Positions 1 through 8,373 of a stretch of DNA of 64,000 bases are shown here, piece by piece. Each line of letters opens with the position of its first letter. Within the stretch, counting starts at the first letter, position 1. The notes beneath the pieces were generated by a model. It saw only the letters and a program-made list of their open reading frames with translations, was not told the origin of the DNA and did no database searches. The position numbers and the translations under genes were made by a program. This DNA comes from a virus, in the IMG/VR virus record IMGVR_UViG_3300045988_125079, positions 32,001 to 96,000 of that record; one strand, 5' to 3'.

Positions 1-19
1 TCAGCTCCTTTTGTTTTCT

Positions 20-95
20 TGGCACGCCTGTTTCGATTCGAACGAAAATCCACTGGGTTTAGAGCCCATTCCTTTACCAATTAAGGTACAGACGC
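20..95 (-). tRNA. tRNA-Sup(CUA), amber suppressor (possibly Gln-derived)
   Basis: 76-nt minus-strand cloverleaf. Acceptor GCGTCTG/CAGGCGT with G1-U72 and U4-G69 wobbles. D arm CCTT-AATTGGTA-AAGG. Anticodon loop C-U-CUA-A-A. T arm TTTCG-TTCGAAT-CGAAA. G73 and CCA are encoded. Confidence 0.8.
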
Positions 96-264
96 TCATA
101 TAGCTGTCTTTCCAGCCGCCATCGGTTTATGTTTTTGTTCCGCAGAACTACTAACAATACCATCACATCAGCCGCACGCGCTAATGCTGGCTACAATAGT
201 TGCAACTCGAAAACTACTTACCGCGTGGTGCAACCGGCGGGTTACGATCAGATTAGATTAGTAC

Positions 265-798
265 CTAATCTTCATTTGAGATAAGTTTAATATCCATGAC
301 TCTGCATGGCAAATTATAAAACTTGCACCATTTCTTTACTGAGTTTCCAGTAACATTAAACATTCTTCCGATTTGATCAAATGGAGTGTCTCTAATTAAT
401 TTTTTCAGATTTTCTCTTGTTGGCCAACAACTATGAAGTTTATTTTTATGACAGGAAACACAGAGCTTTGCTTTTCTGTCGATAATCACTCCACATACTT
501 GACATCGATTTATTTTTTCTTCACACCAATATGAACCATCTTCATATTGATGACACATACCAAAGTCTTCGTGCAGCATGTGGAAACGAGTATGGTCGCT
601 TTGGGTTGCAAATACTATAAGATTTTCTGGACGATTATCGTTTCGGATATGGTTTATATGATGAACCACTTCTTCACGTTTCAACGGCCTCCCTATTTTT
701 TGCTCTGCAACCAAAACATGTTCATACACCATTCCACTGGTATTTGCATGTAAATGATTTGGGCACCAAACTAATATGTAACCATTTGCTATTGCCAT
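265..798 (-). CDS. HNH homing endonuclease (paralog of 1433-1987)
   Basis: ORF 265-1026 trimmed to Met77 (MAIANGY), which aligns with MGYANGY of the paralog; the upstream part overlaps tRNA-Lys. HNH core EVVHHINHIRNDNRPENL. CxxC...CxxC zinc ribbon. C-terminal NSVKKWCKFYNLP. Ends in TAG, with TAA 4 codons later. Confidence 0.8.
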   Translation of the reverse strand: MAIANGYILVWCPNHLHANTSGMVYEHVLVAEQKIGRPLKREEVVHHINHIRNDNRPENLIVFATQSDHTRFHMLHEDFGMCHQYEDGSYWCEEKINRCQVCGVIIDRKAKLCVSCHKNKLHSCWPTRENLKKLIRDTPFDQIGRMFNVTGNSVKKWCKFYNLPCRVMDIKLISNED

Positions 799-821
799 AT
801 GATAAACCTCCCGCCAGTAAC

Positions 822-900
822 TGGTGTGATCGATGGGGCTCGAACCCACGAAAACCCTCTGATTAAAAGTCAGATGCTCTACCAACTGAGCTACGATCAC
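822..900 (-). tRNA. tRNA-Lys(UUU)
   Basis: Acceptor GTGATCG/CGATCAC. D arm GCTC-AGTTGGTA-GAGC. Anticodon loop CTTTTAA. T arm GTGGG-TTCGAGC-CCCAT. A73 and CCA are encoded. Variable region is 8 nt. Confidence 0.85.
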
Positions 901-1352
901 ATATACAAACCACAGAGGGATGTCACCTGTGGTCTTTTGTCCTGGCTTTAACGGGTCAGGCGTCCGGCATTTACCGTTACTCTTCAGAGCACTATTGGCG
1001 ATATGCTTATCCACTGCGGTTCTCAAACTCGATCATCCTTTTTGGTCAAGCCTCTTCCGGGTTATAGCCGCGCTACATAAGGTTTTCAATGTTATTCCTT
1101 CATTACTGTTTTCGAGCTGGTGAGACTTACGCACAGTTGCGCTCGGAATGCGGATCTTACATCGTCAGGGCACGCAGTTTGACCAAGCTTGCTACATCGG
1201 TCCCTGATCAGGAGTGTGACTGCCTCGCTAATCCTGTTGCAAACATCATCGATAATATCATTTGGGTCTGTGGATTTATCTCAGACGGAAAACGCATTAT
1301 CAATCGGAGGGAATTATGAACTCAAATTCAATTATCAAATCAACTTGCACAT

Positions 1353-1427
1353 TGGTGGTCCCGGCCTGAATTGAACAGGCGCACACGGAGCTTCAATCCG
1401 CTGCTCTACCAACTGAGCTACAGAACC
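1353..1427 (-). tRNA. tRNA-Phe(GAA)
   Basis: Acceptor GGTTCTG/CGGGACC with two G-U pairs. D arm GCTC-AGTTGGTA-GAGC. Anticodon loop TTGAAGC. T arm GCCTG-TTCAATT-CAGGC. CCA is encoded. Confidence 0.85.
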
Positions 1428-1432
1428 GTAAT

Positions 1433-1987
1433 TTATATCGTCAACCATTCTTCATTTGTATAATTTTTTATATCGCTAGATTTAAATGGCAAATTATAAT
1501 ACTTGCACCAGTTCTTTATGCAATTTCCAGTTACATTGAACTGTCTCCCTATTTGTTCAAAAGGAAATGATCTTATCAGATTTTTCAAAGTTTCTCTTTT
1601 AGGGCGTCCGTCTCGTCCTTCCTCCCTGTAACATTCTCGGCACAGAGTAGCTCCAGGATATATAACACAACCGCAACGCACACAATGATTGATTTTTAAT
1701 GGGTTGCTTTTACACGAAACCGTTCCATCAATATCAAATGTACATAAAGTAAAATCTTCTTCATTCATATGGAAAATCGAATGATCCTTTTTGGTCTTAA
1801 AAATCATTAAGTTGTCTGGATTATTATTGGACCGATTATGATCAATATGATGCACTACTTCTTCAGCAGTTAGATATCTTCCAAGTTTCTTTTCTGCAAC
1901 TAAAACATGTTCATATACCATTCCACTAATATTCGCATGTGGATGATTAGGCATATAAATTCGAACATATCCGTTAGCATATCCCAT
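1433..1987 (-). CDS. HNH homing endonuclease
   Basis: HNH core EVVHHIDHNRSNNNPDNL. Zinc ribbon CVRCG...CRECY. C-terminal GNCIKNWCKYYNLP. Clear paralog of 265-798. Wedged between tRNA genes. Confidence 0.85.
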   Translation of the reverse strand: MGYANGYVRIYMPNHPHANISGMVYEHVLVAEKKLGRYLTAEEVVHHIDHNRSNNNPDNLMIFKTKKDHSIFHMNEEDFTLCTFDIDGTVSCKSNPLKINHCVRCGCVIYPGATLCRECYREEGRDGRPKRETLKNLIRSFPFEQIGRQFNVTGNCIKNWCKYYNLPFKSSDIKNYTNEEWLTI

Positions 1988-2009
1988 GATTTTATCCTCC
2001 TAATTTATT

Positions 2010-2076
2010 TGAAGAAGTAGGATTCGAACCTACACTCGGGCTTTCGACCCAGCTCTACCAGTTAAGCTATTCTCCC
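2010..2076 (-). ncRNA. degenerate tRNA-like RNA (truncated anticodon arm)
   Basis: Acceptor GGGAGAA/TTCTTC with G3-U70. Normal D arm (GCTT-AACTGGTA-GAGC) and T arm (GTAGG-TTCGAAT-CCTAC). Only about 17 nt occupy the position of the anticodon arm plus variable loop. Loop TCGAAAG lacks U33. No CCA. The 5' end is preceded by the AUAU leader seen at other tRNAs here. Confidence 0.45.
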
Positions 2077-2189
2077 ATATAAACGGCAGGTTTTGTTACG
2101 CCCCTGCCTTGGCGCTCACCATTTATCAGCCATGCGGTAAACGACGGGGCTTATGTAATCGACCCACGAACCTACGCCCATGGATTTTA

Positions 2190-2290
2190 AAGACCTTTGA
2201 CCTGTATTCGTTATTATTTGACCGTTGATAAAAGTTTAACCTTTGAACTTTCAACCTTTAATCTTTAAATAAATAAACTTTAACCTTTCC
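2190..2290. repeat. array of AACCTTT-like heptamers (AAAGGTT on the minus strand)
   Basis: gaccttt, aaccttt, gaacttt, aaccttt, aatcttt, aaacttt and aaccttt are spaced about 8-15 nt apart in a non-coding spacer between tRNA-like genes. Confidence 0.5.
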
Positions 2291-2350
2291 GAAGAATTTG
2301 AGTCAATTACGTGTTGGCCCTCAGGACAACTCCTCCTCTTGACTCGATGT

Positions 2351-2420
2351 TTTTGAATATCGGAATCGAACCGACAAGACAGATTTTATGTCTGCGCCTT
2401 AACCATTTGGCTAATTCAAA
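2351..2420 (-). ncRNA. non-canonical tRNA-like RNA (anticodon undetermined)
   Basis: AU-rich acceptor TTTGAAT/ATTCAAA. D arm GCC-AAATGGTTAA-GGC. T arm GTCGG-TTCGATT-CCGAT. The anticodon stem is either AGACA/TGTCT with loop TAAAATC or GCAGA/TCTGT with loop CATAAAA; both lack U33. The variable region is too short. Confidence 0.45.
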
Positions 2421-2598
2421 ACCCAAGTATTGTTAGAATATATTTATACTTGATCTTCATATAGGCTTATCAGGCCGCTTTTATATGTGACTATTTGCTT
2501 CTTTATTTATTTGATTTCACTCTAGCGCCGCCGTCATTGGCAAAGAGCGAACAATTACAGTTTGTCGTTTTCAATAAACAGTGAATATGTATCAATGA

Positions 2599-3240
2599 TT
2601 AGTATTCGATTGTGATTTCGGTAGTTGCATTAGATTCAGATAAAACCGCGTCAACCTCAGCTTTGAAACTATTGATTTCGTCGGCCAGATTTTCCTTAGT
2701 TTTTTTAATGTTAATACCGTCAATCAGAATCATAGTTTCGCGCTCAATGTAACCATCTCGCATATCGCGAATTGCATCAGGAGACATCCCGTCTTTGTCG
2801 GCGGGGTTATTGCTTCGAATGACAAAATCATCCGCACGATCACTCAGGCGAGAATTCGTAGTTTCAATTACACTGACTGCATTGGAATACTGTCGCTCCA
2901 TCTGATTAAGCAGATCACTCAAGAAGTCGATTCCGTGCTGATTCATCCAAATAATTTGAGCGATAGTGTAGTCCTTACCGCATACAGTGCGATGGGTAAC
3001 AGCGTTAGACTCGGAGATAGCGCGCTTAATAGCATTCAGGCGAGCAATTAGGTCTTTGATTTTATCCAGTGAACTCTGACCATTTGCCTTATACTCTTCA
3101 ATGGTGACACCACCAAGCTTCTTCATGCTCTGCTTAGCAGCTCCGCAGAAAACAGCTTCACGAGTCAGCTTAGAAATCCGGTCTTCCAAAACGTTAATTT
3201 CAGCCAGTGCACGATGAATTGTCATAGTTTCAGTAGTCAT
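2599..3240 (-). CDS. hypothetical protein (213 aa, helical/coiled-coil character)
   Basis: ORF track. ATG start. Fits the minus-strand gene array. Confidence 0.65.
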   Translation of the reverse strand: MTTETMTIHRALAEINVLEDRISKLTREAVFCGAAKQSMKKLGGVTIEEYKANGQSSLDKIKDLIARLNAIKRAISESNAVTHRTVCGKDYTIAQIIWMNQHGIDFLSDLLNQMERQYSNAVSVIETTNSRLSDRADDFVIRSNNPADKDGMSPDAIRDMRDGYIERETMILIDGINIKKTKENLADEINSFKAEVDAVLSESNATTEITIEY

Positions 3241-3292
3241 AGTCGTTCTCCTTTAAAATATATAATCTTTAATGCGGTAGCCCGCTATTCAA

Positions 3293-3368
3293 TGGTGCTG
3301 GGGGTGGGGCACGATCCCACAACCTGAAAATTACAAATTTCCTGCGCTACCAATTACGCCACTCCAGC
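3293..3368 (-). tRNA. tRNA-Thr(UGU)
   Basis: Acceptor GCTGGAG/CCCCAGC with an A6-C67 mismatch. D arm GCGT-AATTGGTA-GCGC. Anticodon loop TTTGTAA. T arm GTGGG-ATCGTGC-CCCAC. CCA is encoded. Confidence 0.8.
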
Positions 3369-3998
3369 TTATGATGTGAGCATGTCTGCCCACATATTTA
3401 AAATGGATTCGATTGGATCTTTCGTAACAAACCCATTCAATTTTGATTCTTGCGATTGAACCGCCAAGTGATTTTTATATGTATCAAAGTACCTAAGCAC
3501 CTGTTGATGAATGCTATTTGTTGTCCTTCCGTCCTTTAAGTACCGACGGTACTTCCCTGCTCCAATTTGATATCGAAGCAATGCTGACGAATCGTTTTCT
3601 GTGAACTGTTTATGATATGCAAGGAGCGCTACTCCGCACCGAATTCCAATCTCGTCATCCAACAATTCCCTCATTGAATTGATACCAAGCGTCCGATGTA
3701 AAAAATCAAAGTTAACTTCATTAACCTGCATCAAACCGTAGTCAATCGTACCGTTAGAATTTTTATGTGTCAGTCCACTTTGAAAACGACTTTCATTATA
3801 TATAACAGCAACAGTCAAACTGTAATCAACGTCATATTCGTTACATATCTCCGCTGTATATCTTTTTAAGTCAGGAGACCAGTTTTCATATTCTTCAATT
3901 GGATTTTCCGCATTAGCAGCCGTTGAAACGACGGCAACGCAAAACAACATAACTATTACCGCACAAATCCATTTTGTAATTGTAATTCTGTACTTCAT
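3369..3998 (-). CDS. lytic transglycosylase (SLT domain) with N-terminal signal/TM segment
   Basis: AVIYNESRFQ...DYGLMQVNE matches the SLT catalytic Glu and GLMQ motifs. The N-terminus is hydrophobic. Confidence 0.8.
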   Translation of the reverse strand: MKYRITITKWICAVIVMLFCVAVVSTAANAENPIEEYENWSPDLKRYTAEICNEYDVDYSLTVAVIYNESRFQSGLTHKNSNGTIDYGLMQVNEVNFDFLHRTLGINSMRELLDDEIGIRCGVALLAYHKQFTENDSSALLRYQIGAGKYRRYLKDGRTTNSIHQQVLRYFDTYKNHLAVQSQESKLNGFVTKDPIESILNMWADMLTS

Positions 3999-4000
3999 GC

Positions 4001-4019
4001 CAACTGTTATTATCTACCC
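4001..4019 (-). promoter_or_regulatory. conserved 19-nt motif, copy 1 (minus-sense GGGTAGATAATAACAGTTG)
   Basis: Plus-strand text CAACTGTTATTATCTACCC is identical at 33469 and 40384, and matches 18/19 at 54630. This copy ends 2 nt upstream of the ATG of 3369-3998. Confidence 0.5.
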
Positions 4020-4037
4020 TATACATTTTTTAAGAGA

Positions 4038-4055
4038 AAGAGCCTCTCGGCTCTT
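4038..4055 (-). terminator. hairpin after 4066-5100 (weak terminator candidate)
   Basis: AAGAGCC-GAGA-GGCTCTT lies directly downstream of the stop codon. The trailing run TCTCTT is a poor U-tract. Confidence 0.35.
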
Positions 4056-4065
4056 AGTCTTATCA

Positions 4066-5100
4066 TTAAATTTTTTTAGCTTTAGATGCCATCATACAAT
4101 AATCTGCGTAAGTCATCTCACTGCCGTATGATTTCATATGGCTTATTACATAATCAGATCCGTAAGTCAATTGATCCAGTCTCATCTGGTGAAAACTTTT
4201 TAATTTTCGAATCACGGAACTTCTTATATAAATATCTTTATACGGAGAATTATCTGGCAAAAGCATCGAAGCTTCTTTTTCGAAACTTATTAATTTGTGT
4301 GCGTAATGTACACTTATCTGATCCTGAACCATATTTCTTCTAACGACATTACGCACTAGATATGGACTATCTACATATTCAACTATTCGTGTTGTTTGTT
4401 TATCGCCAAGGTTTACAATTGCTTCATATCCAGTGCTAATGACTGAATTCCAAATTGTACGAAACGCAAAATCATTATCGATTGTAACAGTTTTAACTGA
4501 ATGATCTTCTTTATTTACATCTGTTTTTAAAAGATCTCTTATACTGTCAAAGTCAAATTGGTAATATAACAAAATAACAACCGTAGCTGTCATTGCGTAT
4601 CGTCCACCGTAAAATAAGTTTTGAACATAATTCATAAAGGATTCTTCGTCTTCAAAAATGAAATCGCTTTCATATTTATCATTTTTCTGAATCGCTTCAA
4701 CTTGTTTTGCGGTTATTTCTGATTTCGTACCAAAAGCATTCTTTTTAGGACTTGTCCTATTAACCATAACTCCATGGGTTTTATATGTTCGTGCATTAAT
4801 ATATTGATTTTCATAGCACCATAACACATAACTTTTCATTACGGCTGCAAGCCTTCTTTGTGTTCCGGAACATAAACTATTAAACCATAAAAGATATACA
4901 TCGTCCATTTCTGGAGAACCCAACGAAAATTCGCAAAAATCCTTGTTGTACCTTTTTTCAATAGGCCCAGTATGTCTGAAAACAGACAATACCGTATTCT
5001 CCCTGGATTTTTGTGTCTTGCCTGTTTCGCCCTGACCAACGTAAAAATCAATGAATTCGGCCTTTCTATCACGATTATAGATTTTATCATCTACATTCAT
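4066..5100 (-). CDS. hypothetical protein (344 aa)
   Basis: Long ORF with ATG start in the minus-strand array. No motif recognised. Confidence 0.7.
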   Translation of the reverse strand: MNVDDKIYNRDRKAEFIDFYVGQGETGKTQKSRENTVLSVFRHTGPIEKRYNKDFCEFSLGSPEMDDVYLLWFNSLCSGTQRRLAAVMKSYVLWCYENQYINARTYKTHGVMVNRTSPKKNAFGTKSEITAKQVEAIQKNDKYESDFIFEDEESFMNYVQNLFYGGRYAMTATVVILLYYQFDFDSIRDLLKTDVNKEDHSVKTVTIDNDFAFRTIWNSVISTGYEAIVNLGDKQTTRIVEYVDSPYLVRNVVRRNMVQDQISVHYAHKLISFEKEASMLLPDNSPYKDIYIRSSVIRKLKSFHQMRLDQLTYGSDYVISHMKSYGSEMTYADYCMMASKAKKI

Positions 5101-5192
5101 TTCAGTTACTCCTCACACAGTGCGGTTTGTGTATTATTTATATTTTACACTATGTAAGAAGGTTTTGCAATGAAAAGATTTAAAATCTACGG

Positions 5193-5609
5193 TTATGCGA
5201 TAGCTTTTGGGTTGGTAGTTTGAGCCACCACATTCAGAAGCGGACATTGAATCATCATGGCGTTCACAGCCTTTGCCCAGTTTGCTTCAGTAAAAATGCC
5301 AATCGGCTCACTAAGCTGCAAATTGCGAATCGTATCTCTGCCCTCAACGACAAGAGTAGAGTCTTTCTTTAACCCTTCAACTTCGCCAGCCTTATAATCA
5401 ACATGAACAGGATTGCGACTGGCGGTTCGTTTTGTTGTAAACGGAATGACCTCGCATTGTCCAGATTTTTTGTTGTAAATATTGTTGGATACGATTAGAT
5501 ATGGATGAATTCCAATATACTTATGTACACTGGTTTTCGCTTCGCTTTCAGCTACATAGCCAAACCTAATCTCTCCGATCTTTGGGACGCTCTTGCCAGC
5601 CATGAACAT
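5193..5609 (-). CDS. MazF/PemK-family toxin-like endoribonuclease
   Basis: GEIRF...HPYLIVSNNIYNKKSGQCEVIPFTTK...GLKKDSTLVVEGRDTI follows the PemK/MazF pattern (RPxlIVS..N....viPiTs...S.v). Start moved to Met13, which has AAGGAGG 8 nt upstream. Confidence 0.6.
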   Translation of the reverse strand: MFMAGKSVPKIGEIRFGYVAESEAKTSVHKYIGIHPYLIVSNNIYNKKSGQCEVIPFTTKRTASRNPVHVDYKAGEVEGLKKDSTLVVEGRDTIRNLQLSEPIGIFTEANWAKAVNAMMIQCPLLNVVAQTTNPKAIA

Positions 5610-5651
5610 ATTTATGACCTCCTTGTTTATGGCTTGTCTTTTCATGGTCCC

Positions 5652-5680
5652 ATTATATCACTCTAAAGGGTAGTTGTCAA
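5652..5680 (-). promoter_or_regulatory. consensus sigma70-type promoter (TTGACA-17-TATAAT)
   Basis: Minus-sense TTGACA (5680-5675), a 17-nt spacer, then TATAAT (5657-5652). Lies just upstream of the MazF-like gene. Confidence 0.6.
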
Positions 5681-5704
5681 CCGTTTGTGACTATTTGTGA
5701 TGAT

Positions 5705-6037
5705 TTATTTAAATCTACCTTTTAGAAGTTCAAACCTTATAGATTCTTTTGAAAGATCGGATTTTGTAATAACCTCAGTTTTTCTCCCATTTTCAAAGAT
5801 CTCGCATTGGAATTTATTTCCAGTTATAACAAATCCAGCCTCTTCTTGTAACTCAGGGTTAACATTATAAAGTGTCCCCCAAATCGCGTAGCTTTTCTTT
5901 CTTTTTATCAATTCAAGATTTTGGGACCGTATTCTAACATAAAGACCATTATCTTCATCACCTCCTCCCCATATAAATATATTTGAAAATGACATAAGAT
6001 AATTAAAAAACTCTTCCGCAGTAAAAGTCTTTATCAT
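5705..6037 (-). CDS. hypothetical protein (110 aa)
   Basis: ORF track. ATG with AAAGGGGAAA upstream. Confidence 0.6.
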   Translation of the reverse strand: MIKTFTAEEFFNYLMSFSNIFIWGGGDEDNGLYVRIRSQNLELIKRKKSYAIWGTLYNVNPELQEEAGFVITGNKFQCEIFENGRKTEVITKSDLSKESIRFELLKGRFK

Positions 6038-6148
6038 TTTTTTGTTTCCCCTTTAAACAACCGCATTTTGTTAATTCTCTGCGGACTTCTCTTTTCGGTT
6101 GTTATTTTACCATATTATAGTTGTAAAATCAATAGAATTAGTTGTTCT

Positions 6149-6547
6149 TTATCTCAGCTTCTGCATCCACTTCCGCGAAATCTCGTTCTGATGTAGATAA
6201 TAAGTAACTCCCGTCACGTCATTCACAACCACATCATCATACGGGATACCCTTTTCATTAAGGTGAGCGATGAACCAACGCTTGGTCAGATAACACATCG
6301 GAGTTTTCCAAGGGTCGCCATAATCCAGTTTGCATTTTTTACAAGCATTATAATGGTTGCCGCACATATCCCACCACTCTTTACGAACACGCTCTCGCAT
6401 CCGCAGCACGTCTGGTGTGCCGACATATCCCATCTCTTCAACAGCTTTATGTACGGCTTTCTTCTGTTTGATGGATTGACCGGCATTGATGCCCGCACTG
6501 GCACCCAAACCCAACAGACCTAAAACGAACGAAGCAGCTCCACTCAT
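6149..6547 (-). CDS. hypothetical protein with N-terminal TM/glycine-zipper segment
   Basis: ORF track. AAGGAGG upstream. N-terminus SFVLGLLGLGASAGINAG. Confidence 0.6.
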   Translation of the reverse strand: MSGAASFVLGLLGLGASAGINAGQSIKQKKAVHKAVEEMGYVGTPDVLRMRERVRKEWWDMCGNHYNACKKCKLDYGDPWKTPMCYLTKRWFIAHLNEKGIPYDDVVVNDVTGVTYYLHQNEISRKWMQKLR

Positions 6548-6564
6548 GATGTTTTCCTCCTTGA

Positions 6565-6870
6565 TTATTCCATTGCAGTTTCAAGATCAAAAGTCGCACT
6601 CTCGAAGTCTCCATCAAGAGCATAAAGTATATTTTCAATATGATTAGATGCGCTAGAAAGATAATCACAGGCTCGGTCTGCTTTATCATATCTTTCACCA
6701 TCCTGAAGATTTTCTGGGATATTGTCTCGATAATTTTCTTCTTCATCCAAAATGTTATCGATTGTATCCTTTGTATTTTCTAAATCTTGCAATAAGTCAT
6801 TCATCTTTTGCTCAAGCTCATTTAGATGGTTAATAGTACCTTGAATTGCTTTTCTACGTTCTTTATTCAT
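6565..6870 (-). CDS. hypothetical acidic coiled-coil protein (101 aa)
   Basis: ORF track. ATG with AAGGAA upstream. Confidence 0.6.
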   Translation of the reverse strand: MNKERRKAIQGTINHLNELEQKMNDLLQDLENTKDTIDNILDEEENYRDNIPENLQDGERYDKADRACDYLSSASNHIENILYALDGDFESATFDLETAME

Positions 6871-6879
6871 TATTATTCC

Positions 6880-7506
6880 TTATTCAAACAGATCATTACG
6901 AATCCTTGGACGATATACACGATTTTCAGACCAGTCAATTGCTTTTTGGACCTTCCCTGTTCCCCAATCTCTTAAGGTGAAATAAGCAATACCTTCTAAA
7001 AGCTCTTTGATATCTTTACAATCACGTCGTTTCATTCTAGCTTTTTTCAACTCATTCTCAAGATAGCATCGTCTTACTGCGTTCGAATTTTGGAGTTCTA
7101 TTGCATGTTCAATGTCTGTGATCTCCAAACATGCCTCTTTTAATTCTTTACAGATGTCATTATATGTATCATTCAATCGCCCCAGAGTATCGTCAACGGC
7201 TAAAAGTCCTGCTTTTACTCCAGCCAATCTTTCTGAGTCCGGAACTTTTGTACGCACTCCTTCGACATGTTCGAACTCGTTATCTTCAATTTCGCAGGGT
7301 GGAACTGTTCCGCCATTTTCTGCGATCTCTTTCTTAGTAACAGCCCGATATCCTTTTCCTCGAAAAATATTAGGAAAACAATTTAACTGCTTTTTTACCC
7401 TGTCTTCATCGTAAACACAGGCTTCACTCAGTTTTGGAGTTTCAACTAGAACATTATCCTTGGTTCTCTTTAAAAACGTGGTCCCATTTGTGATAACATA
7501 ATCCAA
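6880..7506 (-). CDS. hypothetical protein (208 aa)
   Basis: ORF track. TTG start 10 nt after AGGAGG. Confidence 0.6.
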   Translation of the reverse strand: MDYVITNGTTFLKRTKDNVLVETPKLSEACVYDEDRVKKQLNCFPNIFRGKGYRAVTKKEIAENGGTVPPCEIEDNEFEHVEGVRTKVPDSERLAGVKAGLLAVDDTLGRLNDTYNDICKELKEACLEITDIEHAIELQNSNAVRRCYLENELKKARMKRRDCKDIKELLEGIAYFTLRDWGTGKVQKAIDWSENRVYRPRIRNDLFE

Positions 7507-7548
7507 AAATTATCATCCTCCTACCTTATTATAATAGAGGTCTACAAA

Positions 7549-8157
7549 TTAATGTTCCTTTAACACTACTGACTGTCCTTTTTCAAGTGCCCAACAATTT
7601 TTGCCTGCATAAGCGCAATCTTCACAATGACCAGAACATTCACACGCATCTGTAGGAGCTTCACATATACCATTCTTGAATGAAATGTATGCAACTGGAA
7701 GATTGTAGGGATTATTCATATTATAATTGGGCCAAAAAGAAAACAGAATATGTAAATTATTGGGTATTTTATTATCTGTAGCCAAATACTCGTTGATAAG
7801 ATCATATTTTTTAGTGAATGCCAAAAACTGGGTGCGAGGCAACTTAATTGCAATTCGACACATCATTTCAAAATAGCGCCTGTCCACGATGTCGCCACTT
7901 ACATGCCATCTAAAATAAAAAGACCCATAGGCGGCCGCAGTTGCTTGAACTTCAAAGCCGTCAGGGTCTGATAACCACAAATTCAAATTGTTGTCATAAG
8001 CGTTCCGCACAACACCTCTCCAGTCGAAATGACGGACATAACATGTCTTTGCGCATGGAACGCCCGGAGCACACGTTGCAATACGAGGCATCGAAATTGA
8101 TTTGATACTCCCCATTTTGCTGTTTGCGTTCGACACTGACAGCTTTAACATATTCAA
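7549..8157 (-). CDS. Cys-rich phage protein (reminiscent of the mycobacteriophage Gp88-type family; unverified)
   Basis: N-terminal SKMGSIKSISMPRIATCAPGVPCAKTCY and C-terminal CECSGHCEDC cysteine clusters. Confidence 0.55.
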   Translation of the reverse strand: MNMLKLSVSNANSKMGSIKSISMPRIATCAPGVPCAKTCYVRHFDWRGVVRNAYDNNLNLWLSDPDGFEVQATAAAYGSFYFRWHVSGDIVDRRYFEMMCRIAIKLPRTQFLAFTKKYDLINEYLATDNKIPNNLHILFSFWPNYNMNNPYNLPVAYISFKNGICEAPTDACECSGHCEDCAYAGKNCWALEKGQSVVLKEH

Positions 8158-8225
8158 TTCTTCACGGCCTCTCTCCGAAGCCGCACTCCTTCCTTATTAT
8201 AATAGCACTGTATTAGTCCAATAAT

Positions 8226-8372
8226 TTAGATATCTAGAACCGGTTCATCAGGCACCAAAGGATCGAATCTCGCTTCCACGTCCAAATCGTAATGATATGG
8301 GATGCCAAGACGATCTAGTTCTTCCTTGAAAATTTCAGCCAATTCATCCGGTGTATAGTCTTCGATTTTCAT
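8226..8372 (-). CDS. small hypothetical protein (48 aa)
   Basis: Hand-translated MKIEDYTPDELAEIF...VLDI. The ATG lies 1 nt after the stop of the upstream gene. Below the ORF-track length cutoff. Confidence 0.4.
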   Translation of the reverse strand: MKIEDYTPDELAEIFKEELDRLGIPYHYDLDVEARFDPLVPDEPVLDI

Positions 8373-8373
8373 T

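Noticed and set aside
7511-8215. Shared CCTTATTATAATAG word upstream of two genes (7520 and 8190) as a promoter pair
   Set aside because: Each copy contains TATAAT on the minus strand. The candidate -35 hexamers are at the wrong spacing (8-14 nt). Two copies of a 14-mer in AT-rich DNA are weak evidence.
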